A DNA stretch of 64,000 nt from Chiloscyllium plagiosum (lineage: Eukaryota): assembly GCF_004010195.1 (NCBI RefSeq), contig NC_057753.1:7560130-7624129 (forward strand), read 5' to 3'. Made by a program: the position numbers and the translations under genes. The notes beneath the pieces are model-generated. The model made no database searches. It saw only the letters and a list, made by a program, of their open reading frames with translations, and was not told the origin of the DNA. Below, in pieces: positions 39,700 to 52,620 of the stretch. The first letter of the stretch is position 1, and each line of letters opens with the position of its first letter.

Positions 39700-42600
39700 A
39701 CCACACTGTTCCCTGGCAGATGCCGAGCCTCTCCATCCCTTTTGTTCCCTCACAACGAACTGTAGACCCTGGCAATAGCGTCCTGTCCCACACCCACTCA
39801 CTCCTGGAGCAACTGGCAATGGTCCTTTGCACATTGTCCACATAGAAACAGTCTGTGACCCGTACCCTCTGTTTCGCTAGCACACACATTCGTCCCACAT
39901 CCAATCATTTCCCTCAGGCTTGGCCTCTGTCACATCCCAACTTTGTTAGCGATCAACGACTACTTCTTTCCCCTAGTAACAGCCAATTTATCAACAATGA
40001 CTCGGTTTCCCCAACTAAATCGCCTGCACACCTTCTTCCAGTCTGCCCATCTAACAGCACCCCCTGTCCAAACACCTACAATGTTCTGTAACAATGGACT
40101 GCTGCCCACACGGCACACTGTTCTACCAGCAACAACCAATTGTCCAACACCCATTCTTTTGCCCGAGCAATGTCTCTGAAATCTCCAGTACGCTATTCCT
40201 CTAGCAAAAGACAGTGGCTTCCACAACCACACTGTTCCCCTAGAAACGATTGAGAGCATAATCATCCACTGCTTTAACTAACGGCCTGCAAACGCACCCA
40301 CACGCCTTTCCATATATAAGGCCTTTTAAATCACGATCCACAGTTCCCCGAGCAACAGTCAATAAACCCACATCCTCTCTGTTCTCGTAGCAATAGCCTC
40401 CGACACCACTCTCACACTGTTCTCCAATAACTTTCTTGACCCCAACTGTCAGACCGCACCCATACACCAACCAATGATTATATATCCAATCTGTTCCACG
40501 AAAAACTGCCTGCAGCCAATTTCCATACTTTTCCTGAGAAAGCATATTCAAGTTAACTTCTCATTTGACCCAGTTGCTGCGCGTTTCATGAACAACAGCC
40601 AGCAATCCCACATGCTGACGGATCAGTGTAAATGGTCTCAGGTCCCGTAACGAATCTGCACTGGTAGAAACGCCACGCGGCCCCAAACACATTTGTTTCC
40701 AAGTCCACGGAAGGTGTGAGGGAATTAGGGTAAGAGAAGCACGGACAACGTGAAGAACCTGGGAGAGAGAGAGAGTTTAGAAGGTAACGAGAGTGCAAGA
40801 TAAAGAGAGCGTGAAGCAAATTCGGGGGAGGGTCAGTGAGAAAATGTAAGGGAAATGGCTGGAAGAGAGACAGAGAGATACAGTGAGAGTCGGGGCAGAT
40901 ATGGAAGATGAGGGAACAAGAATGAGATGAATTCTGACGAGCCCACGTCATATTGGGTAATACCACAGGAGAAAGCAAGGCTACAAAGCCCGAAACACAA
41001 CTCTCGATTCGGACTTTGTTCCCTCCCCATCCATGTGTGCCAGAACCTGGGGCCATATCTGATTGTCTCTTGCTCAGCTTCAACGAAGTAAAGGGAGTTC
41101 GTCTGCTTGGCACTTGTTAACGAACATTTTGTTCTTTTAAAATTTAAGTGCAAGACAAAGTATGTGGAATGCTGCCTTTTTATCTCTGGCTTCTGAGTTA
41201 GATACACCTTCCACAGTGAATCATCTGGCAACACGCAACGGTCGCACAACTTCTCCGGTGCTCCAGCAAAGGTCTGTGAATTTCCCTCGTATTCTGTTCG
41301 CAGACAACAGACAGTAGTTCCACAATTCTCCAGATGTATGTGACTGAGAACTAAACCGCACACACTCTGCATACCCTTTGCTACATTCTGAGGCCCTACA
41401 CACCACTGTATTCTCCTTGTAACAACCCGGTTGTCCCACGATAACTCTGTTACATTAGCCTGTGTACTCACCTTCAATTTGTTTGCTTAGCAATAGCCAG
41501 TGGTCCCACACTCCTGCTTCCATAGCAATGCCTTGTGGTCCCATTCAGTCTCTTTTCCTAATACCAAGGCGTGTGGTTCCACCCACACTCTGCTTCCCTG
41601 GACACGAAGTATGATGCCATCCATGCTCCAAGCTACAGTGGGTACCGAACACGGCACACCTCCCTAGCAGCATGATGCTGCCCCACAACCAGTCAGTCTC
41701 CAGAGTATTGGTTGTTGTCCCATCACAATCTTTTCCCTCTCAATTGGCAATGTCTCACACTCAATCTATTCCGTCAGTAATTGCCTTGAAACACTTCCCA
41801 CTATATTCCTAAATCAATGATCAATGGTCACTCACCAACACGGTTTCCCAAGCAAACGCCTCTGTATCCATTCATATTCTGTTCCAAGAGCAATGGCATG
41901 CACTCTTCTCTCCTACCAGCTGCTTGCTGCTATAACTCCCACACCGTTTTCCCCTTGCAATATACAGGGATCCTCCACTCAACCATCTCCCCAAGCAGTG
42001 CGTGTGGTTCAATCCTCGCAAAGAACTGCGGTCTCATCTAATCTCTTACAACAGTTTGTGGTCCCATTCATTCTCTCCCATTGACGAGGCCTGCACCCAC
42101 ACCCGCGTTCTTTTCTCGTCAACAGGCTTGCTGCAAATGGCCTACATTGCTCTCCAGCAACAGACTGCATCCGTTCACCCACTCTGCTTCCCTACCATGG
42201 CCAATCTGATCTTGGGCAATCGTCAGTCATCTAATGTCTTCTCTTTGCAATGGCCTAAGGAACTCACAGCCACTGTGTTCCTGTAGTAATGGCCAATGGT
42301 CACACATCCATTTCGATTGCCTTCAAAAGTGAATTGTCCCAATCCCACACTCTTCTCCTGCCAATAGTTATTTGTACTCAAGCCACTTTCTTCCCCATGC
42401 AACACCTAGCGTCTCCAACTCCCACTGATCCACTTTGCAGTGTCCTGTAGTCTCACCTTCACACTTCACACCGAGCAACGTCCTGTGAAATCATCCCCAA
42501 TTTCTTCCGATAGCAACAGCAGTGGTCAACCACACAGTCTTATTGCGTGCGCGACAACCTCTGTATTCAACCAACAAACTGATGCTACACTCACTTAAGT

Positions 42601-43080
42601 CTCCCAGCAACGATCTGCTGCAACCCATTACTTTGTTCCATTAACACCAGGTTCTGTTTTCACCCATACCATGTTTCTCAGTAACGGTCTGTGGCCTCAG
42701 AGCTCTGTTCCCCTAGCAACGGCCTGAGAACACATTCTCACTCTGTTTCCCCAGCAATAATCAGTGATCTCATATAGAGTGCCTTCTGCTCCCAACAGCC
42801 TGTGGTCCCAATTCCAAACTCTTCCCCAGCAACGACGTGTGGTGACAGGCCAAACACCTCTGGCAACAGCCTCTGCTGCCACTTCCACATATCCCCCTCT
42901 GGAAACAGCCAGTAGTTTCAGACCCACAGTGTGTCCTAGCAATAACATTTGATCCGAGGCTCATACTGCTATTCTAACAGACTGAACCTCCACATCCGCC
43001 CCCTGTTTATATACAGTCCCTCGCTTACTCTGTTCTCCAAGTAATGGCTTGTATTACCCCCACTCTGTGCCGTGTGCAAC
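39700..43080. repeat. Highly diverged ~37-bp tandem array in two blocks (~39700-40550 and ~41340-43080)
   Basis: Approximate consensus ccacacccactctgttcccctagcaacggcctgtggt. The gcaa anchor recurs at 42716, 42754, 42792, 42829, 42863, 42902 and 42939. Confidence 0.7.
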
Positions 43081-43615
43081 GGACGTTGTGAGAGAATAGG
43101 CGAAGTAATTAATGAAACATGATATTGGGAGTTACAGAGTAGGAAGTAGCAAGAAAAAATTAATCATAATGGAGAGGGAGGGTCAAAAAGAGCATGAAAA
43201 CAGGCGGAGAAGCGGCAGAGCGGGACATTGTGAGAATGGGCGGGGGATAAAGAGGAAAATGGAGCAAGGGAAGTAGACAGGACTCGGTCAGAATGGTTGA
43301 TGCTAGAGGCGAAAGCCAGACCAGAGTTACAGAAAGACAATTGCTGAGCTCGGCACTGGTCCACTCTAATTCAATGAGGACAAGGACCGAGGGTATTTGA
43401 TCTCTTGCAATTTTGCTTCTTCAACAAAAGGACAAACAAACTACAGATCTCTCTGCAGTTAGTAATTTTTTAATAGATGTTTTTGTTCTTTACAAAGTCA
43501 AGTGATGAAACACTCGATTAATGTTGCCCTTTCCAAATTACTTCCGAGTTGAGAGAAGCATGGAATGTGCCCCTCTAGCCTGTGTGGGGTAGATTGCTTA
43601 AATTGAGAATTTGAT

Positions 43616-44616
43616 TTATTGATAAATTTGAGTAAAGGGATATTTTAATACATTCTTCAGCTCCTTTCTGAACTTAGTCTTGGCCAAGGCACATGTCACT
43701 GTGTGCAGCAACTGACGAGCTGCAGCACGATGCTCAAATACAGTAGAACGCTGTCCCAACCTATGGAGATAGGAGGGGGTGTCGACCGAAACGTCAGTTC
43801 TCTTGTTTCTCGGATGCTGTCTGACCTGCTGTGCTTTTCCAGCACCACACTCTAGACTCTATTTTCAGTATCTGTAGCCCTCACCTTCTCCTATAGAGAT
43901 ATAATGCAAATCATTCATGTGGCTCCATATAGAGCATACCATTAATTACGTTCATAAAATGATCACCAAGACAAAAATCACAAACGGCAAAAATAAGGGT
44001 TTTTTTTATTTTTCATTTCGGTGTCACACTGGAAGTCCCCACTAGCGTGAGCCCGGAGACTCCTGCAGCTCTGCTGGTCAATGCAATGTGCCTACAGTGA
44101 AAGTATTGAGCAGTAGCATCAGGAAAAATGGAATATCTGGGTTTAGAATGTTGGGCAGGAGTTCGATTGTGACCCAGACCAGAGCGTAAATGATATCGAT
44201 TGTTCCCCAACAAAACCACCGGAAGTTCATCAGTCACGTGCGAGCATAAAATACGAAAAGAAAATCTTTACACAGCTCAGCACAGTCAATGTTCCCACGA
44301 CCACAGGCGCCATTTTCCGTTTGCAATATTTACTATTCAGCTTCTGGCAATAAGTGGCCAGAAATCGATCAAGGTGAAAGTGATAGTGAACCAGCCAGCA
44401 TAATCATTGGCTGCATAAATCAGGTTGGCATGAATATATCACACAGGGATAGACTTCAAGAAGTAAAGCTGAGAGAGGCAATCGGAATGTGTCTCAACAG
44501 CAGGTCGAGGAAAATAACCAGAAGATCCGCCACTGCCATGACCATGAGGTAGAGGCTGCCACATGGAGACAACCCGCAATCTTTATAAAACAGGACAAAG
44601 ATCGTCACTATATTAA
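43616..44616 (-). pseudogene. Rhodopsin-class GPCR pseudogene, GPR139-like family (main coding exon)
   Basis: Splice acceptor tgcctacctcacAG at 44617. Joined frames read VNIVTIFVL..CGLSPC..YLMVMAVADLLVI, WFTITFT.DRFLATYCQKLNSKYC, PFFLMLLLN, LQLVSCCT, KFRKELKNVLKYPF. Multiple frameshifts and stops, plus a TE insertion. Confidence 0.9.
43772..43889 (+). mobile_element. PLE-tail insertion with 12-bp TSD inside the GPCR pseudogene
   Basis: CCTATGGAGATA (43760-43771) and CCTATAGAGATA (43890-43901). Contains GAAACGTC...ggatgctgtctgacctgctgtgcttttccagc. Confidence 0.85.
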
Positions 44617-45319
44617 CTGTGAGGTAGGCAAACAAAGTATTCATCAGCTTGGAGGGAAAGCTAACAGTTTGGCTGAGGACGTAATGATAATTTCACATGT
44701 GTCACTGCATTCAGAAATTTAGTGAAATATTTGAAGTTGTAATAACAAATAGGAATCTCTGAATTACTCAGAAAAAATGTGATGCAACTCACAAGACACA
44801 CTCGATCTCGAAAAATACAAATTAAACATTTATAAGAGTAGATATTTTACAAAATTCTACATATTTGATTACTTGCCCTTAAATAATCTCTCCCAAATCC
44901 TTGAAGAAAACTGGAAATGGAAAATATGACTTATCGTCTAAATTATAGCTGATCTTCTGTATTGAAGAAATGTAAACGCAGGGAAAGAATATTCAAACTC
45001 TTTACCTGCCTGAGGAACTTCAACTCAGTATCTATTTCTCCATGAAACGGGATCTCTTCACTGAGGAATTATTTTTTTGTTCAATTAACTAACTTTGGGC
45101 CAATCAAAAAATAGTCAGTTGTAGAATATTTTGGAGAATTATGGTTAAAGAATACTCCAGAGAATGTTGGTTATAGAATGTTATGGATTATGTTATTTAT
45201 AGAATACGACTGCGCCATAAATGGCTACAGCACAGAAAAAAAAAATCTTACTTTCCATAAAGCATTCTTCAGTCCAAAACAATTGCCTAACCATTTTCCA
45301 ACCAAAAGAAAAATCAGGG

Positions 45320-45610
45320 AAATGACAAATGGGGAAGTACAGAGACAGTCCACCCTTCAAACGTACTCGGCCATTCAATATCATTATGGTTGAAATGAAT
45401 GTGACCTGATATCTACATTCTCTCCCATTCCACGATAACCATTGACCCCTTTGTTCTTGATGAATCGATCTGTCTTGACTGCAAAAAATGTTCAATTACT
45501 TTATCTCCGTTGGTCTCTGGCAAAAGTGTTCCAAAGACTTATGTCAAGTTGAGAAAACAAAAATAATTATCTCCATCACCACATTAAATCGAAAACGCTT
45601 GTTCCAAAAC
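45320..45610 (-). mobile_element. Old CR1 3' fragment
   Basis: Degenerate antisense CR1 3' end (gccattcaatatcattatgg...). Confidence 0.55.
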
Positions 45611-45814
45611 AAATATGCACACCCTACCTGTAATCTCGCCATGTTGTTTCCTTCACTTTGTGATTAGACACACTTCTGGACATCTTTGTTAAATGCTAGT
45701 GGTTCACTTTCTCAATGAAGCCTTCTCTGCTTTTAAATATTATTTTCCTGCCTTCCCCTTGATTACTGACTCACTTTTACATGGGCATACTTTCGATTGC
45801 GACTTTAGAGAAGA

Positions 45815-47203
45815 TGTAATTACCCAGGTAATTATGGACCAGTGAGCCTTACTTCTGCTGTAGGAAATGTTTTGGAAAATATTATCAGAGATGAGATTTA
45901 TAATCATCTAGCAAGCACCAATTTGATTTCAGATTGTAAACATGGTTTCTTCAACGAAAGGTCGTGCCTCACAAACTTCACTGAGTTTATTGAGAAAGTG
46001 AACAAGAATGTAGATGAAGGTAGAGCGGTTGATATAGTATACATGGACTTCAGTAAAGCCTTTGATAAGCTTCCCAATGGTAGGCTGTTGGAGAAAATGA
46101 AGAGGCATTGGATTGATGGTAATTTAACAGATTGGATTAGAAACTGGCTTTCTGAAAGAAAGCAGCAACTTGTGGTTGATGGAAAATATTCAGCCTGGAG
46201 TCCAGTTAGGTGTGGTTTGGCACAAGGATCTGTTTTGGAAACACTGCTGTTTGTCATTTTTATAAATGACTTAGACGCAGGCATAAATGGACGGATTCGT
46301 AAATTTGCAGATGACTCTAAATTCGGTGGAGTAGTGGACAGTTTGGAAGAATGTGACAGATGGCAGGGGGCTTTAGATAAGCTACAGGATTGGGTTGAGA
46401 GGTAGCAAATGGAGTTCAATACAGCTAAACGTGAGGTGATTCATTTTGGGAAGAATAACAGGAAGGCAGAGCACTGGGACAAAGCAAAGACTCTTGGTAG
46501 TGTAAATGTGCAGAGGGATCTTGGAGTCCATGTACTTTGATCCCTAAAAGTTGCCACCCAGTTTGATAGTGTTGTCAAGAAGGCATGCGGTGTGTTAGGT
46601 TTCATTTGTAGAGGGATTGAGTTCCGGACGCGCAATATCATGCTGCAACTATACAAAACGCTGGTGCGGCCATATTTGGAATATTGCGTACAGTTGTGGT
46701 TGCCATATTTCGGGAAGGATGTGGAAACATTGGAAAAGATGCAGAGGAGATTTACGAGGATGTTACCTGGTCTGAAGGGGAGGTCTTATGAGGAAACGCT
46801 GAGAGACTTGGGTCTGTTCTCATTGGAAAGAAGAAGGTTAAGAGGGGATTGGATAGAGACATACAAGATGGTCAGGGGATTAGATGGGGTAGACAGTGAA
46901 AGTCTTTTTCCTCGGGTGATGTCATATTCTTGTACGAGGGGGCATAACTGCAAATTGAGCGGTGATAGATTTAAGACAAATGTCAGAGGCAAGTTCTTCA
47001 CTCAGAGAGTGATAATGGCGTGGAATGCCCTATATGCCAATGTAGTTAACTCAAACACATTACGGAGAGTGACACAATCCTTGGATAAGCACATAGATAA
47101 TGATGGGATAGTGTAAGCGGGCGAGCTGAGAATAGTTCACGGGTCGGCGTAACATCGAGGGACGAAGGGCCTGTTTTGCGCTGTATTGTTCTATGTTCTA
47201 TGT
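45815..47203 (+). mobile_element. CR1 LINE, RT to 3' tail
   Basis: ORFs 45842-46405 (YMDFSKAFD, KFADDSK) and 46592-47116 (LEYCVQLW, FFTQRV); tail (gttctat)n. Confidence 0.95.
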
Positions 47204-47524
47204 AATTATTAGCTTCAATTTCCATTCTGATTCGTTCCAATCCTTCAGCCTTGACTTCCCTGTGCGGCTGAACACAAGATCATTTGAGTGCAACTGCACT
47301 CTCCCATTTACTTTGTATCTGTCACATTCCATTAGATGACGTCGGATCCCAGTAGGGTACCTCCTTTTCCCTTGCATGCGCATTCCATGCCACAACTCTG
47401 GTGGACAGGGATTAAGCTGTGGCTGACCCATCTCCTGCACGAATGTCATTGTTACTTCTACTGCTTTCCAGATCAAACGGTTCACTAATATTGCAGCATG
47501 CAAAATGCTTGCCCATGCGCAGTA

Positions 47525-47670
47525 AAACAAAGACCTGTACATGCTGGAGATCTGATACCAAAGCTGTTCTGATGAAGAGTCTCCAGATCTGACATGTTAA
47601 CTTTGCATTTGCTCTTCTGATGCTGCCAGAGCCGATGCGTTTCTTCAGCAATGTATGTTTTTGTTTGTGG
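47525..47670 (+). mobile_element. PLE-tail fragment with degenerate hammerhead core
   Basis: CTGATGAAGAGTC at ~47569 and gatgctgccaga tail, preceded by a short inverted piece. Confidence 0.6.
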
Positions 47671-49493
47671 AAATTCCTGTTCTTGATACGTATAAAACTT
47701 CCCCTGCACTGTTGACTTCGACCTACAACTCCTACCAGTGTTTACTTCACCATGTTGTTTCAAAGCTCCCGATGAACTGTTTCTATGTAATCTGACGGAG
47801 ATGGGCTCTGGCAGGATTAATGGCAGGTTCGGAGACATATTTTTTGAAGCCTGCATCGATGCTGACATCATCGTGCAATCGCTTCCTTGCTATCCCCAGG
47901 AGGAATGGCATGTTTCCCAGTGTATGTACACTTATGGTGGCGGAGTGAAGAAGGACAATGGTCTCCCTACAATACTATTTATTCCTCCAGTTATTGAACA
48001 ATTCAAATCTGGTTTGCATTTTTCATGCAGTTAGGTATCTTCTTGTGCCATGGTATCTTCTGTTGTCATGGTCTCTACCACTGGTCATGGGGGAAGAGGG
48101 AATCCTTCTGAAGCACAAGTCCATACAAGAGGTTGTTCATTATTATGCCCAGAATGCATTGTTGGCGGGCACCACTCGTTTCCCTGCCTGACACGTTAAG
48201 GGACAATCTCACAAACTGTGAAAAGTAGTTCCATTTGAAATGGTTGTTCAGCTGCACCATGGACTTTCAGGTACTGGTTCCAGGGATGCTGGTGAATTTC
48301 GGTAGCTTTGTTAAGGGACGAGCTGCTGTGGGAATGGCACACAGTAACGGGTGGCGGTAAACCAACATCATTCTCGCCACGAGGACTCGAAAGCAAATTA
48401 ATGCCATGATTATTTGAGATCCACACAAGTTCGCTGTGGTAATCTCTTCATGCCGTCGCATCAGCTAGCACTTTTCAGACTATGTCTCCCCTGTGACATT
48501 AAATCATATCGATTTTCCTGAATGTATTCGTCGAATTCCTCTTTTTTTTTGAGAATATAGCACACCATTCCTTTCTCTATCTTTTTTCACCATCAGGACA
48601 GGTCCACTTGGCACTGTTTTATACAGTAAAGTAAGGATTGTACCTGGAATTACTTAACATTGATTGCAGAACCTGCGATATCTCATGTTATTTAGTGTCC
48701 GTAACTTCAAGGGAGCTAACGATTGCAATGAGACAGTGAGCAATTTTCTGTCCTCATAAACTTATATCCTATATCAAAGATATGAATGAATGGAACAAAC
48801 GTTCCAGACTAAATCTCTGGACGAAACTAGGATGGATAGGAATCTAAGTTATCAATGGGAAGTAGAGAACGTGTCAATGAATAACTAATGGCAACAATTG
48901 GTAGATGCAAAATTACATGGGTAATTGGATATGTCAATTTTTCAGGGACAAAACACGACTGTCTATTTCGTACATTGTGAGGTAAAGTATGACAAATTGG
49001 TACACTGTGTACTGGAAGTTTCACTTCTTCATGTTCCGAAATCAGAAATGTTGCTTCAAATCACCTGCTGATGTTCTCAGTGTTTCAATTCCCGTCTATG
49101 CACAGGGCACGTTATAATGCGGTTGGTCGGAATTGGGTGTGATGTGGGCACAGATGTTTTGAACCGTGCATCAAGCAGAAGCTTTTACCAGCATGCCATG
49201 CTTTTCTTCTAAGTGGAGACGTGAAGAGAGTACGAATGGTAGTTTGTTTGCACAGAGACGCTGTGGCTGCTACTGGGAGAGTAGGAATTGCTCAAAGTGA
49301 TATGCTGTGTATGGATGCGCTTCAGTATTAATGCAGTGATAGCGTTGACGGTGCAATCACAAGAATCAGAACATAAAATAAATGCATTGCAGTTGCAACT
49401 GAAATACAAGGTCGTATCACATTCTCAATGCACCTCATAGAAATAGCCCAGATGCCATAAAACTAGATGAAACATTTGTTCATCATGTAAAAA

Positions 49494-49625
49494 CTCTTCA
49501 GGAATCCTGAAGAAGGGCTCATGCCCGAAACGACGATTCTCCTGCTCCTGACCTGCTGCGCTTTTCCAGCAACACATTTTCAGCTCTGATCTCCAGCATC
49601 TGCAGTCGTCACTTTTTCCTAGAAG
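49494..49625 (+). mobile_element. PLE-tail insertion with hammerhead core
   Basis: gaatc CTGAAGA A GGGC TCAT GCCC GAAA CG AC gattc (49502-49539); the conserved U before the cleavage site is A here. Confidence 0.8.
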
Positions 49626-50471
49626 ACCAGGCCAGTGTACAGTTCAATGGATTAACAGTGGAATCGCGTGCTAACCACACTAGAGCATTGATCTCGAAGG
49701 TTGGGCAAGGTATATGACCAGAATGGAAAGCTTCGCAGCCCAATGTGGCTCCCAGATGTAACTATCTCTCTGTCTCGCTGTCTCTCTCCCTCTCTCTGCG
49801 TCTCCATGTCTTGCCATCAACTGTTTTTCTTTCTTATTCCCTGCCCCTGTTTCTCAGTGGCTTGCCTGCAGACAATGCTACTGTACCGCTCACTTCAAAA
49901 CGGCATTGTATCCAGAGTGGAACACTGTGCAAACCACACCTGACCAAAATAAGGAGATGCACAGTCCGTATATTGGTCGCCGAATGTAACTCCCTCTCTC
50001 TCTCTCCATCTAAGTCCGTGCTTCTCCATGTCTTCCCCGGCATTACATGCAGCCATTTCAAGCTTAACTGTCAAACTATGAATCATCCCCCATTGGATAG
50101 CATAGTAGAGTTTGACAATTTAAAACATTTATCACATTCCTGGCGTCAAACATTCACCATTCACCTTTCACCGCACAAATTAATCTAAAACCAGCCTGGA
50201 ATGAAAACGAGATCTTTGCACAATCTGTTTGGTTCTCCACCTGGATAATCCTCACAATCTGTGCAATTGCGTTCACATGCTAGAACTCTCCGTATTTCTG
50301 GAACATCATATACGAGAGCATTTATAGTAATCCTTATTTTTTTTTGTTCATGCAATCCCTGCAACCACCTCTGCCTTTTGTTATCTCGTTTACTATTCAC
50401 ACCTCTTCCGAAAATTCAACTTTCAGTATCTATGCAATCTTCTCCTGCCCTTTCAAACCTTCTAGACTGTA

Positions 50472-50971
50472 NNNNNNNNNNNNNNNNNNNNNNNNNNNNN
50501 NNNNNNNNNNNNNNNNNNNNNNNNNNNNNNNNNNNNNNNNNNNNNNNNNNNNNNNNNNNNNNNNNNNNNNNNNNNNNNNNNNNNNNNNNNNNNNNNNNNN
50601 NNNNNNNNNNNNNNNNNNNNNNNNNNNNNNNNNNNNNNNNNNNNNNNNNNNNNNNNNNNNNNNNNNNNNNNNNNNNNNNNNNNNNNNNNNNNNNNNNNNN
50701 NNNNNNNNNNNNNNNNNNNNNNNNNNNNNNNNNNNNNNNNNNNNNNNNNNNNNNNNNNNNNNNNNNNNNNNNNNNNNNNNNNNNNNNNNNNNNNNNNNNN
50801 NNNNNNNNNNNNNNNNNNNNNNNNNNNNNNNNNNNNNNNNNNNNNNNNNNNNNNNNNNNNNNNNNNNNNNNNNNNNNNNNNNNNNNNNNNNNNNNNNNNN
50901 NNNNNNNNNNNNNNNNNNNNNNNNNNNNNNNNNNNNNNNNNNNNNNNNNNNNNNNNNNNNNNNNNNNNNNN
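50472..50971. other. Assembly gap (500 N)
   Basis: Run of N. Confidence 1.
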
Positions 50972-51639
50972 CCCTGCTGCTTCCCTCCTGGGTACAACAC
51001 GTTTGTCCGGGTGGGGAAGGAAATAGGGATGTAATCGTGCTGGGAGCAGTAAGCTTGTAGAAGCAGATACTCAAAAGACAAGCAGTCCCTGTTCACTCCA
51101 AGCAGGGAATACAACATAGGTGCCTTGTTTCTTCTCTTCTTGTGTAAAAGTTAGTGGTTTTAACCGTTTGAACTGTTTCCAACGTGTAATACTCCCACAA
51201 TGACCAATGACTCGAACGCAATACTGGGGAAGTAGAGACACTCCCTGAGACAGAGATTTGATGTCGTCTGGTGCTGAGGACTTGTAGCCTGAGTTTTTTA
51301 GCTGCCTTTACTATGATATGGGATGGTGGAAAGTACGAATATATTTCTGAATGTGAGTTTCTATTTTCCTGTGTTGTTTCTCTCACTGCGTGCCCCTCTG
51401 ACAGGCTTTTTCTGACTGGCAGTGATTAACCTGATGCACAGCTTGGCTTTACACAGGGGCTGGTGGTCAAAATCCCAGACCATCCCGGCAGTGTCACTGG
51501 TGAGAGCAGACAGAGTGCCACAGAGGCCTGTGGGATGTTGGTAATGAGGTGAAACTCACCAGAGCTCACTGGGAGAAACGATCCGTGAAATTCAGAGAAA
51601 TTTTGGTGTAAAACCGAGCCTGTGTTTTTCCTTATTGTG

Positions 51640-51890
51640 GGTGAGTCCGGAATTAGAGGGCACCGTTCTCGAATTAGGAGTTGCCTTTTCAGGATAAAGG
51701 GAGAGGAGAAGGGATTATTTTATTTTTGTCTCAGATGGTTGGGCGACTTTGGGACTCTATATCGCAGAAGGTGGTGGAGACGCAAGCAGTGAGTAGTTTC
51801 TAGGCACAGGTAGTTTTTTTTGTTTGGCAGTGGGATCAAAGTTAATCGGGAGTGGGTGGAAATTTGGGAATTGGAACTCAAGTGGAGTCA
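51640..51890 (+). mobile_element. Old CR1 3' fragment
   Basis: GESGIRGHRSRIRS...SQMVGRLWDS, degenerate CR1 C-terminus. Confidence 0.65.
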
Positions 51891-51954
51891 AAAAGCAGAG
51901 TGACCTGTATCTTCAGAAAAGTACCTGTATTTTATAAGTACCTGTATCTTCTAA

Positions 51955-52410
51955 TGAGAACATTCTGTCTGGATGTATCACGACCTGGTATGGCAACTGT
52001 ACCATTCAATATCGGAGACTGTTACAGAGAGTGGTGAACTTGACCCGGACAGTCACAAAGGCCAACCTCCCATCTACCAGGCCCATTCTCAAGGAAAGGT
52101 CGCCAGCATTCTCAAAGAGCCATCCCACCCTGGCAATGCTTTTCTACAACCTCTACCATCGGGGAGAAGGTACAGAAACCTGAACACACGCACCAGCCGG
52201 TTTTGAAACAGTTTCTACCCAACTGTTGTTAGAATACTGAATGGACTCTCAAACTCTTAACATTCGCCTGTCCCTGTGTTTTTGTTTTTGCCGCTGTTTA
52301 CCTACTAATTACTATCTGTGCTACTTAACTCTGCGATCTGCCTGTATTGCTCGCAAGACAAAGCTTTTCACTGTGCCTCGGTACATGTGACAATAAATTC
52401 AATTCAATTC
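51955..52410 (+). mobile_element. Rex1/Babar-type LINE 3' end
   Basis: ILSGCITTWYGNC, LQRVVN, ILKEPSHPG...LPSGRRYR..RTSRF.NSFYP; ends AATAAA(ttcaa)n. Confidence 0.8.
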
Positions 52411-52429
52411 TAGTCATATGTCTGTTGGA

Positions 52430-52620
52430 AGCTGGGTAATTGAACTGAACGCAGATCAGCAATTGACCAAAGCTCCTGAGATAGCATGTTCCAATCCCAG
52501 GACCTCTGCTTTCCAGAAACACAAAGGGGGCAGACACGTGGGAATATCACTCCCAGGTCTCCACGTCATCTGACTTGGAAATCTATCCCCTTTGCTTCAA
52601 TGTCACTGGGTCAAATCTGT
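52430..52620 (+). mobile_element. Old LINE 3' fragment
   Basis: Resembles a common shark LINE C-terminus (ctgacttggaaat...gggtcaaatc); recognised from memory only. Confidence 0.4.

Noticed and set aside
47680..47800. PH-domain-like pattern (KQFIGSF...KHW.EL.VEV...VLY) on the minus strand
   Set aside because: The resemblance is too weak and interrupted by several stops; kept only as unassigned coding-like sequence.
50261..51117. ORFs of 214-257 aa
   Set aside because: They span the 500-N gap.
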